Part shown: in pieces, positions 1 to 8,626 of the stretch
Layout: each line of letters begins with the position of its first letter
Numbering within the stretch: the stretch's first letter is position 1
NCBI GenBank assembly: GCA_947385425.1
Contig: CANDKY010000004.1
Span: forward strand, 10,527-74,526
Direction of reading: 5' to 3'
DNA length: 64,000 nt
DNA from: an uncultured Lachnospiraceae bacterium
Lineage (GTDB): Bacteria > Bacillota > Clostridia > Lachnospirales > Lachnospiraceae
The notes under the pieces: model-generated
Seen by the model: the letters and a program-made list of their open reading frames with translations, nothing else
Database searches by the model: none
What the model was told of the DNA's origin: nothing
Made by a program: the position numbers and the translations under genes

Positions 1-281
1 TGTTAAGGATGGAAATCGGTGCAACACTTGTGTGGACGCTGCTGGTTTTGCTTTTGGCGGCAAAATGCAGGATAAAAGAAAAAGTTTTTGCTTTTCTGGG
101 GAAAAATTCCCTGTATATTTATCTGACACATACTTTTCTCTTTATGTGGATTGTTAATATTTTGGAATGCAATATTATTTTGCGCTTTCTGGCCAGCGCG
201 GCAGTTACAGTTGCAGTTTCTGCATTGTGCAATCTGCTGATTACCCTGACAAGCAGAAAACTGACTTTCCGTAAAGTGTAA
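1..281 (+). CDS. C-terminal fragment of a membrane acyltransferase (acyltransferase-3-like); the 5' end lies outside the window
   Basis: The reading frame is open to the window edge, with no in-frame stop before 9. The tail is hydrophobic and TM-rich ('NSLYIYLTHTFLFMWIV'). Confidence 0.5.
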   Translation, partial: LRMEIGATLVWTLLVLLLAAKCRIKEKVFAFLGKNSLYIYLTHTFLFMWIVNILECNIILRFLASAAVTVAVSALCNLLITLTSRKLTFRKV

Positions 282-408
282 TGGGACGGTAAGGAAAGAG
301 TGGAAAAGAAGGTTTCGGGGAGGTATAATAAAAGGGTATCATTCGGTTTTGGCCCATAAAAGTTTCAGGGCAAAGCAAAGGGCATCATAGAGGTATATAA
401 GGGGTATT

Positions 409-1311
409 ATGGAAAAAGCATATAAACTGGAGTTTGCAGGGGAAAAATCAGGGAGCCTGTATGTGAATTGCTGCGGCTGTTCCAGAACGGAACCGCTGCA
501 CAGTTTCGGCCCGGCATTGAAGCCGCATTACATCATTCATTACATATTGAGCGGAAAGGGGAAGTTTTCCATCGGGGGTAAGACTTATCCGCTGGAAGAA
601 GGCTATGGTTTCCTGATTGCGCCTGAGGAACTGGCTTTTTATCAGGCGGATGAAAAGGAGCCGTGGACTTATGTATGGGTAGGATTCAGCGGGACGAAAG
701 CGGAAGAATATATGAAATCGATAGGGCTTTCCATCTCACATCCTGTTTTCCGCTCAGATCGTTCGGATGAATTGTACCAGGCGGTGCGGGATATGATGGA
801 ACATAATACATTCGGTATAGCCAACGATCTGCGCAGGGATGGGCAGTTGGCGCTTTTTCTTTCTTTTATAGCGGAAAACCTGCCTTTGGCGGAGAAAAAC
901 GAAGGGGACAGGGCGAATACGTATGTCCGGAAGGCAGTGGAATTTATACAGGGGAATTACTGCAATCCTATAAAGGTAACAGATGTGGCCGATTATGTAT
1001 GCATTAACCGGAGCTACCTGTATACGTTGTTCCAAAATTCCCTTGGAATGTCCCCGCAGCATTTTCTGATGACATTCCGCATTACCAAGGCGATGGAATT
1101 ATTGCAGATTACCTCCCTTTCCATAGAAAGCATTGCCATTTCCTGCGGTTATCAGGATCCGCTTGTGTTTACCAAAGCATTCCGGCAAATGAAACATATG
1201 TCCCCGTCTGCGTACCGGAAGGAGATGCAGAAAGGGGAGGGGAGGCGCAATAAAGAACATCTGGAGCAGTTGGAGAAATTTATCGGACAGATAGAAAATA
1301 TAACATTTTGA
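409..1311 (+). CDS. AraC-family transcriptional regulator (cupin-like N-domain plus AraC HTH); likely gal regulator
   Basis: The C-terminal AraC HTH signature is present ('VTDVADYVCINRSYLYTLF...FTKAFRQMKHMSPSAYR'). The gene sits directly upstream of galK-galT. Confidence 0.9.
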   Translation: MEKAYKLEFAGEKSGSLYVNCCGCSRTEPLHSFGPALKPHYIIHYILSGKGKFSIGGKTYPLEEGYGFLIAPEELAFYQADEKEPWTYVWVGFSGTKAEEYMKSIGLSISHPVFRSDRSDELYQAVRDMMEHNTFGIANDLRRDGQLALFLSFIAENLPLAEKNEGDRANTYVRKAVEFIQGNYCNPIKVTDVADYVCINRSYLYTLFQNSLGMSPQHFLMTFRITKAMELLQITSLSIESIAISCGYQDPLVFTKAFRQMKHMSPSAYRKEMQKGEGRRNKEHLEQLEKFIGQIENITF

Positions 1312-1447
1312 CAGCTTATTGTAACAATGCGGCATGGAATTTCATGTCCCGTACACTATAATTTTAGATAGAAGGAAACAGTTCATTTGCGGTTAGAAAC
1401 GGCAATAAAAAGAGCCTGGCGGGGATTCAGGCGGAAAGGGATGGGTT

Positions 1448-2626
1448 ATGGCTGAGAACATGAAAGAATTGGTATTGGAAAAATTTGCCGAAGTATTCGG
1501 CGATGCGCAAGGGGCCGGAGTTTATTTTGCACCGGGACGTGTAAATATGATTGGGGAGCATACGGATTATAACGGAGGGCATGTGTTTCCCTGCGCACTG
1601 ACCATTGGGACGTATGGTGTGGCGAGAAAACGGGAGGATGGGAAGCTCCGTTTCTATTCTATGAATTTCGGGCATTTGGGAGTCATAGAATCCTCGATTG
1701 AAGATCTGAAGATGGAAAAAGAAGCCGGGTGGACGAATTACCCAAAGGGTGTCATATGGGCGTTTGGAGAGAAGGGATATAAGATCCCCTGCGGTATGGA
1801 TCTGCTGCTGAACGGGAATATTCCGAACGGTTCCGGACTTTCTTCCTCGGCATCGGTGGAAGTCCTGACCGGGTTTATTTTAAAAGACATGTTTGGTTTT
1901 GCGGTGACAAATCAGGATATAGCCCTGATCGGGCAGTATGCGGAAAATAAGTTTAACGGGGTAAATTGCGGTATTATGGATCAGTTTGCCAGCGCTATGG
2001 GAAAGAAGGGGAATGCTATTTTCCTTGATACGGCGGATCTGTCTTTTGAGTATGCACCGATTAAACTGGAAAATGCAAAGATTGTAATTTCCTGCAGCAA
2101 TAAAAAACGCGGGCTGGCAGATTCAAAATACAATGAGCGAAGAAGCGAATGCGAGACGGCATTGGCGGAGATTCAGGAAGTCGTGGGAATCAATAATTTA
2201 GGGGATTTAACAGAAGAACAGTTTGAGCAGTATAAATCTGCCATAAAGGATGAGATACGCGTAAAGCGGGCAAAGCATGCAGTGTATGAAAACCAGAGGA
2301 CAATAAAGGCTGTGGAGGCATTGAAAAAGAATGATGTGGAGTTGTTCGGCAGGCTGATGAATGAATCACATATCTCCCTTCAGTATGATTACGAGGTGAC
2401 GGGCGTGGAGCTGGATACTCTGGTGGAAGAGGCATGGAAGGTGGACGGTGTCATTGGCTCGCGTATGACGGGGGCAGGCTTTGGCGGATGTACGGTAAGT
2501 ATAGTGAAGGATGATGCCATTGCTGCTTTTATCGAACAGGTAGGGAAGGCTTATAAAGAGAAAATTGGTTATGCCGCAGACTTTTATGTGGTAGAGATAG
2601 GGGATGGGCCGTCCAAATTAGTGTGA
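1448..2626 (+). CDS. galK: Galactokinase
   Basis: Carries the galactokinase signature 'GRVNMIGEHTDYNGG' and the GHMP motif 'PNGSGLSSSAS'. Length is 392 aa. Confidence 0.97.
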   Translation: MAENMKELVLEKFAEVFGDAQGAGVYFAPGRVNMIGEHTDYNGGHVFPCALTIGTYGVARKREDGKLRFYSMNFGHLGVIESSIEDLKMEKEAGWTNYPKGVIWAFGEKGYKIPCGMDLLLNGNIPNGSGLSSSASVEVLTGFILKDMFGFAVTNQDIALIGQYAENKFNGVNCGIMDQFASAMGKKGNAIFLDTADLSFEYAPIKLENAKIVISCSNKKRGLADSKYNERRSECETALAEIQEVVGINNLGDLTEEQFEQYKSAIKDEIRVKRAKHAVYENQRTIKAVEALKKNDVELFGRLMNESHISLQYDYEVTGVELDTLVEEAWKVDGVIGSRMTGAGFGGCTVSIVKDDAIAAFIEQVGKAYKEKIGYAADFYVVEIGDGPSKLV

Positions 2627-2628
2627 AA

Positions 2629-2815
2629 AAAAGTTCTAAAGTGGTAAGGTACACCATTTAAGAACTTTCAGGATTTGCAATGCTGTAGCATCGCAAATCC
2701 GTTTCACACGGAAGAATGCCCGGAAAGCGGGCATTCTTCCAGGTTTTGCTATGCGAAGCATGGCAAATCCATTTTATGAGGAGGAATGTGTCAAAAGAGG
2801 GCATTCTTCCAGGGG
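2629..2815. repeat. Family-1 composite hairpin repeat (long hairpin plus two ~72-nt tandem units) in the galK-galT intercistronic gap
   Basis: Hairpins lie at 2629-2668, 2671-2700 (GGATTTGC...GCAAATCC) and 2710-2740 (GGAAGAATGCCC/GGGCATTCTTCC). A second, degenerate unit spans 2743-2813. The same architecture recurs at 60410-60655. Confidence 0.8.
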
Positions 2816-2888
2816 CTTGATGGCCGGGGTTACAGGGCAGCAGGTTAATTAGTTTTGAAACGCAAAACGGGAAGGAGCGCGGCAGGAA

Positions 2889-4442
2889 ATGATACAGCAG
2901 GATATCAGGAAATTAGTATCATATGGTTTGACGACTGGTTTGATAGAGAAGGAAGATAAAATATATACCGCTAACAGGCTGTTGGAACTGTTTGGCCTGG
3001 ATGAGCTTACAGATGAAAGTGCAAAAGATACGGCAGGGGGCGGCGGAAGCGGTGCTGGCGGTGAGGCTGCTATGGAAACCGGGGAACTGGAAGAAGTCCT
3101 GGGACGGATGATGGATTATGCGGTGGAAAAAGGGGTTATGGCGGAAGACGGTATTGTATACAGAGATTTGTTCGACACAAAGATTATGGGTATGTTAGTG
3201 CCGCGCCCCAGTGAAGTGATCCGAAGGTTCCGTGAATTGTATGAGGAAGATCCGCAGAAAGCGACGGATTTTTATTATAAGTTCAGCCAGGACACGGATT
3301 ATATCCGCAGATACCGTATCAGCAAAGACCAGAAATGGGTGGCATCTACAAAGTACGGGGATTTGGATATTACCATTAACCTTTCGAAGCCGGAAAAGGA
3401 TCCAAAGGCAATTGCGGCGGCGAAGAATGCGAAACAGTCCGGTTATCCGAAATGCCTTCTTTGCGCGGAAAACGAAGGTTATGCGGGAAGGGTCAACCAT
3501 CCGGCGAGGCAGAATCACAGGATTATCCCGGTAGAGATTAACGGTTCCCAGTGGGGTTTTCAGTATTCGCCGTATGTTTATTATAATGAACATTGTATTG
3601 TATTTAACCTGCAGCATATACCGATGAAGATTGAGCATGATACCTTTTGCAAGTTATTTGACTTTGTAAAGCAGTTCCCGCATTATTTTGTAGGTTCCAA
3701 TGCGGATCTTCCGATTGTGGGCGGTTCTATTCTGAGCCATGACCATTTCCAGGGCGGGCATTATGAATTTGCCATGGCCAGGGCCGAAGTGGAAAAGACA
3801 TTTGCCGTGAAAGGGTTTGAGGATGTGGAGGCGGGTATTGTAAACTGGCCTATGTCGGTTATCCGGATATCTTCGCCTGACAGCAGCAGGCTGGTGGCGC
3901 TTGCCGATGTGATTTTGGATAAATGGCGCGGTTATACGGATGAGGATGCGTTTATTTATGCATTTACGGATGGGGAACCCCATAATACGATAACGCCCAT
4001 TGCCAGAAAGCGGGGGGATAAGTTTGAATTGGATCTGGTCCTGCGCAATAATATAACAACGCAGGAGCATCCGTTAGGGGTATATCATCCCCATGCAAAA
4101 CTGCATCATATTAAAAAAGAAAATATCGGTTTGATAGAAGTTATGGGTCTGGCAGTCCTTCCGGCAAGGTTAAAAGGGGAGATGGATGCATTGGCGGATG
4201 CTTTGCTTCAGGGGGCGGATATCCGTGCGGATGAAAACCTGGCAAAGCATGCGGATTGGGTGGAGGAGTTCCTTCCTAAGTATCCCGCCGGAAGCAGGGA
4301 TACGAAAGAGAAGATGATGGAGATTCTCCATAAGGAAATCGGATACGTGTTTATGGAAGTGCTGGAGGACTCCGGGGTTTATAAGAGGACGGAGGATGGC
4401 AGCAGGGCCTTTGAACGGTTTATAAATTCTTTTGCAAAGTAA
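2889..4442 (+). CDS. galT: UDP-glucose--hexose-1-phosphate uridylyltransferase (long, Gram-positive type GalT)
   Basis: At 517 aa it matches the size and sequence of type-2 GalT ('GSILSHDHFQGG'). It lies downstream of galK. Confidence 0.93.
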   Translation: MIQQDIRKLVSYGLTTGLIEKEDKIYTANRLLELFGLDELTDESAKDTAGGGGSGAGGEAAMETGELEEVLGRMMDYAVEKGVMAEDGIVYRDLFDTKIMGMLVPRPSEVIRRFRELYEEDPQKATDFYYKFSQDTDYIRRYRISKDQKWVASTKYGDLDITINLSKPEKDPKAIAAAKNAKQSGYPKCLLCAENEGYAGRVNHPARQNHRIIPVEINGSQWGFQYSPYVYYNEHCIVFNLQHIPMKIEHDTFCKLFDFVKQFPHYFVGSNADLPIVGGSILSHDHFQGGHYEFAMARAEVEKTFAVKGFEDVEAGIVNWPMSVIRISSPDSSRLVALADVILDKWRGYTDEDAFIYAFTDGEPHNTITPIARKRGDKFELDLVLRNNITTQEHPLGVYHPHAKLHHIKKENIGLIEVMGLAVLPARLKGEMDALADALLQGADIRADENLAKHADWVEEFLPKYPAGSRDTKEKMMEILHKEIGYVFMEVLEDSGVYKRTEDGSRAFERFINSFAK

Positions 4443-4480
4443 AACAGCGATTAACTTTAACAGCGCAAAACACGCTTCAG

Positions 4481-4510
4481 GGCATCTGCCGATCTGGCAG
4501 GTGCCTTTTG
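4481..4510 (+). terminator. Candidate intrinsic terminator of the gal operon
   Basis: A GGCATCTGCC-gatc-TGGCAGGTGCC stem is followed by TTTTG. Confidence 0.55.
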
Positions 4511-4626
4511 TGACGATTAAGCGGACGATAATGATAGTAAACGGATCTTAAACAGATAGTTGTAAAAGTTCTGCGGCCTGTTATAATATAATCTTGCAGA
4601 GGGTACTGCCGGCCAATGCTGTTTAT

Positions 4627-4962
4627 TCAGTACATAGCCTGCATACTTTCCAGAAAATGCTGCAAATGGGTGCGTTGAATCGGATTTAGTTTTTGCAGAA
4701 GGGAAATATAAATGGAGTACCGTTGGAGACATCGTGCGGCGCTGTCTGAATGGCCGCTGGCAAGACGCTGATCGGAAAGGCAGAGAATGTAGTCGGTGGA
4801 AACTTCGAAAGTGTTGGACAGACGGACAAGCAAATCCGCGTCCGGGATAGAAATCCCGCATTCTATCCGGCTTAATGAAGTCTGGTTTACCCCGACTTTC
4901 GTGGCAAGAGATTCCTGGGTATATTTGTGTTCTATCCGCAGTTCTTTAATTCGTGTTTTCAT
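4627..4962 (-). CDS. XRE-family helix-turn-helix transcriptional regulator
   Basis: The N-terminal HTH_3 pattern is present ('IKELRIEHKYTQESLATKVGVNQTSLSRIECG'). Confidence 0.8.
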   Translation of the reverse strand: MKTRIKELRIEHKYTQESLATKVGVNQTSLSRIECGISIPDADLLVRLSNTFEVSTDYILCLSDQRLASGHSDSAARCLQRYSIYISLLQKLNPIQRTHLQHFLESMQAMY

Positions 4963-5143
4963 ATTTTGTAAAATCCCTTCTCATAAGAATAAAATACTTT
5001 AATACTAATATTTCACAAACGCGGTAAAAAGGCAAGTAAAAAATAAACTTTAAAACAAAGATATGTATATGATATCAAGTGCATAAATAAAGTATTTGTG
5101 TAGTTGATGGTCTTAGGGAAAAGCAGGAGGAACCGGAACGGCT

Positions 5144-7132
5144 ATGAAAATTTTACTTGTAGCGGTTAATGCAAAATATATCCACTCTAATCCGGCAGTA
5201 TACAGCCTGAAGGCATACGCGCAGGAGCATCTGTGCACGGAAGGCGCGGATGGAGAAGAAGCGGACGGAAAGGAAGCCATTGCCATTGAGATTGCAGAGT
5301 ATACCATAAATATGCATACGGAAGAGATACTTTCCGATATTTATGAAAGAAGGCCGGATATGGCAGCTCTTTCCTGTTATATATGGAATTGGCGCATGGT
5401 GCGGGAAATTCTGGGGGAACTGGGGAAAATTTTACCCGGGGTTTTGATATGGCTGGGAGGGCCGGAAGTGTCTTATGATGCGGAACGGATTTTGGAAGAA
5501 TTTCCTACGGTATGCGGTATTATGACAGGGGAGGGGGAGCAGACTTTCCTGGAGCTGGCAAAGTATTACAGGCAGGCAAGAGGAAGCAATGAGTTTGAGC
5601 CGGACAGACATTCCATAAAAGATAAAGTATGTATTGTCCAGGGTGGGGGCAGTGCGGAGGACAGGCTTGGGAAGATACCCGGGATTGTTTACCGGAAAGG
5701 GAGTGAAACCGTCCGTACAGGAGAACGCTGTCTGGCAGACATGGATGAGCTTCCTTTTATCTATGACGATTTGGATACTTTCAGTAACCGTATCCTTTAT
5801 TATGAATCCAGCAGAGGATGTCCTTTCCGGTGCAGTTACTGCCTGTCCTCTGTCAGCCGGGGGGTCAGGCTGCGTGATATGGAAAAAGTGAAGGAAGAAC
5901 TGCATTTTTTTCTGGAACACAGGGTGGCCCAGGTAAAATTTGTGGATCGTACCTTTAATTGTAACAGGGAGCATACATCGGCAATATGGGAATATATTCA
6001 TGAACATGACAACGGCATAACAAATTTCCATTTTGAAATTGCGGCAGAGATATTAACGGAGGAGGAATTGGATCTGCTGTCCAAAATGAGGCCCGGATTG
6101 GTACAACTGGAAATAGGCGTGCAGTCAGCAAATCCGGATACTTTGCGGGAAATTAACCGCCATGCCGATTTGGACAGGCTGCGCGAAACAGTGGGGCGTA
6201 TCCGGGAAGGGGGGAATGTCCATATACATCTGGATTTGATTGCGGGATTGCCTTATGAGGATTATTCATGTTTTGGCCGTTCGTTTAATACGGTATACGG
6301 TATGAAGCCGCACCAGCTTCAGCTTGGATTTTTAAAAGTGCTGAAGGGTTCGCCCATGTATGAAAGAGCAGGGCAATATGGTATAAATTACACTTCCCTG
6401 CCTCCCTATGAAGTGCTATACTCGAATTGGATTTCCTATAGGGATATATGCAGGCTCAAGAGGGTGGAGGAAATGGTGGAGCTGTACTACAACAGCAATC
6501 AGTTTACCCATATCCTTCCGGTGCTGGAACAGGCGTTTGCAGCACCGTTTGCCATGTATGAAAGCCTGGCGGATTATTATGCCCAAAAGGGATATTTAAA
6601 AAACAGCCCGTCGAGGGTATACCGTTATGAGATATTGTTGGAATTTGCATGCAGCATGGATGGGGAACGCAGGGGACTGTACCGGGAACTGCTGACATAT
6701 GATCTTTATCTCAGGGAAAATATGAAGAGCCGTCCGGCGTTTGCAAATGAACTGGCGGACTACAAAGGAAAGATACGGGATTTTTATGAGGGGGAGCATC
6801 TTTATGAAATATTGCCGGATTATGTGCAGTACCAGCCCAGGCAGATTGCGCGGATGACCCACATGGAAATATTCCATTATCCGGTATGGGAAGCGGACGG
6901 AAAGGGAGAAATGGTGATGTTGGAGCAACCGAGGTTTGTGCTGTTTGATTATGGAAGACGCAATCCTTTGACAAAAGAAGCCGGAACCATAATATGGAAC
7001 TTATCCCGGCCGGATTGCTGTCCTGGCGGGGGGACTCTTTCGGCAAGGCGGCAGGGAACGGAAGCCGGGCAGCCGGGCGGCGGTTGTACAGGCGGGAATA
7101 ATAGCGGGAGGATGCAGGTAAATGACAGATAG
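5144..7132 (+). CDS. B12-binding-domain radical SAM protein with a DUF4080-type C-terminal domain
   Basis: Has the radical SAM cluster motif 'CPFRCSYC' and an N-terminal B12-binding-like Rossmann region. The Gly-rich C-terminal tail overlaps the next gene by 11 nt. Confidence 0.88.
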   Translation: MKILLVAVNAKYIHSNPAVYSLKAYAQEHLCTEGADGEEADGKEAIAIEIAEYTINMHTEEILSDIYERRPDMAALSCYIWNWRMVREILGELGKILPGVLIWLGGPEVSYDAERILEEFPTVCGIMTGEGEQTFLELAKYYRQARGSNEFEPDRHSIKDKVCIVQGGGSAEDRLGKIPGIVYRKGSETVRTGERCLADMDELPFIYDDLDTFSNRILYYESSRGCPFRCSYCLSSVSRGVRLRDMEKVKEELHFFLEHRVAQVKFVDRTFNCNREHTSAIWEYIHEHDNGITNFHFEIAAEILTEEELDLLSKMRPGLVQLEIGVQSANPDTLREINRHADLDRLRETVGRIREGGNVHIHLDLIAGLPYEDYSCFGRSFNTVYGMKPHQLQLGFLKVLKGSPMYERAGQYGINYTSLPPYEVLYSNWISYRDICRLKRVEEMVELYYNSNQFTHILPVLEQAFAAPFAMYESLADYYAQKGYLKNSPSRVYRYEILLEFACSMDGERRGLYRELLTYDLYLRENMKSRPAFANELADYKGKIRDFYEGEHLYEILPDYVQYQPRQIARMTHMEIFHYPVWEADGKGEMVMLEQPRFVLFDYGRRNPLTKEAGTIIWNLSRPDCCPGGGTLSARRQGTEAGQPGGGCTGGNNSGRMQVNDR

Positions 7133-7817
7133 TTATACGGCGTTGGACCTGGAAACGACCGGTCTGAATCCGAAACTGGATAAAATCATTGAGATAGGCG
7201 CGGTGAAGGTACGGCATGGTAAAACGGCGGATTCTTTTCAAAGCCTGGTAAATCCGGGGAGGATGTTGAGCGGGCATGTCTGCCGGCTGACAGGTATTGA
7301 TGACAGGATGCTTGCGGATGCGCCGGATATCGGGCAGGTGCTGGAGCCGCTGCTTACATTTATCGGAGGGGATATTTTAGTGGGGCACCGAATATTGTTT
7401 GATTATTCTTTTGTAAAAAAGGCGGCGGTGAATCATGGGGCGGCTTTTGAGAAGAAAGGGATTGATACGCTTGGCCTGGCGAGGAAATATTTGCCGGATC
7501 TGGAAAGCCGGAAACTGGAATCCTTATGCAGCTATTATGGCATAGGCCATACGGCGCACCGTGCGCTGGGGGATGCCGCAGCGGCCTCCGAGCTGTATTT
7601 AAAGCTTGCGGAGCTGTTCTGGAATGAAAAGGATTTTGCACCGAAGCCGCTGGTTTATACTGTAAAAAAAGAGGCTCCGGTAACGAAGCCTCAAAAAGAA
7701 CGGTTATATAAGCTGCTGGACAAGCATAAAATAACTGTAGAATATAATGTGGACAAACTGACCAGAAATGAAGCGGACAGAATTATGGATCATATTCTTG
7801 CAAAATACGGACGATAA
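7122..7817 (+). CDS. DnaQ/DEDDh-type 3'-5' exonuclease (Pol III epsilon-like) with a small extra C-terminal domain
   Basis: Exo I 'ALDLETTGL', Exo II 'LVGHRILFDYSF' and Exo III 'HRALGDA' motifs are all present. Confidence 0.88.
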   Translation: MTDSYTALDLETTGLNPKLDKIIEIGAVKVRHGKTADSFQSLVNPGRMLSGHVCRLTGIDDRMLADAPDIGQVLEPLLTFIGGDILVGHRILFDYSFVKKAAVNHGAAFEKKGIDTLGLARKYLPDLESRKLESLCSYYGIGHTAHRALGDAAAASELYLKLAELFWNEKDFAPKPLVYTVKKEAPVTKPQKERLYKLLDKHKITVEYNVDKLTRNEADRIMDHILAKYGR

Positions 7818-8391
7818 TGTTTTTCGTCCCGGATTTCAGGTTTTGGGCACGTTCTTTCAATTTACTGATTTCTCCGTAATTGTTTTGGGAAGCGTAGATG
7901 GAAGCAAGCAGCCGGTATGCAGAGCTTACATCCGTGTCGGTGGAAATGGCAAATTCCAGGATCTGCTGTGCTTCCGCGACATGGCCTGCCTCATATAATT
8001 TTTCCGCCCATTTTTGCAGAGTACAGGCAAGGGTAGTATAATTTTGGTCATAACGCATCAGCAGATCGATATTCGGCGCGCCGTACTGCAGCTTCAGATC
8101 GGTATTGCTGATTCCTGTAAAATTTACGACAGGCAGCCCGGAAAGGTAACGGAGAGTCTGATGCAGTTCCCGGATGTTTTCATCTTCCGCCATGATATCC
8201 ATGGGAAGGGTGTCGAAAGGAATGGTGATGTAATTCAAATTGTCCAGGGATTTACGTCTTGTGCTGTTTGCCAGATGTTCCTTTTCCCAGAAAGAAGTTT
8301 CCTTCTTCTCCGTATAGCGCCTGGATTTTGATATTTGATAGGAGACGAGTATAAGGAATACAATAAAACTTGCAAAAAAAGGCATTTTCAT
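7783..8391 (-). CDS. Hypothetical N-terminally membrane-anchored protein
   Basis: The ORF reads MKMPFFASFIVFLILV..., with an AAGGA Shine-Dalgarno 9 nt upstream of the ATG at 8391. The track ORF extends to 8424. I recognise no family. Confidence 0.6.
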   Translation of the reverse strand: MKMPFFASFIVFLILVSYQISKSRRYTEKKETSFWEKEHLANSTRRKSLDNLNYITIPFDTLPMDIMAEDENIRELHQTLRYLSGLPVVNFTGISNTDLKLQYGAPNIDLLMRYDQNYTTLACTLQKWAEKLYEAGHVAEAQQILEFAISTDTDVSSAYRLLASIYASQNNYGEISKLKERAQNLKSGTKNIIVRILQEYDP

Positions 8392-8501
8392 ATATAATAT
8401 CCTTTCAAGTAGAATGTTTCGCAATAGTTTTCAGTAATAGCCCGTGTAAGCCGGTACAGGATAGCAGGGCTGTTACCGGAATTTCCCGGAGGTTGATCAT
8501 T

Positions 8502-8609
8502 ATGTTCGATATGCACAACAGGAAGAAGCAAAGGATGATATCTTCCATTATCATTATTATAATTGTACTGGCAATGCTTATTCCAACTTTATCATATTTT
8601 ATTTTCTAA
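8502..8609 (+). CDS. Possible 35-aa small membrane protein
   Basis: GGAGG lies 9 nt upstream of the ATG at 8502. The peptide 'MFDMHNRKKQRMISSIIIIIIVLAMLIPTLSYFIF' has a single TM segment and sits just upstream of the VanW gene. Confidence 0.3.
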   Translation: MFDMHNRKKQRMISSIIIIIIVLAMLIPTLSYFIF

Positions 8610-8626
8610 CACAAGTAGGAGAGACT

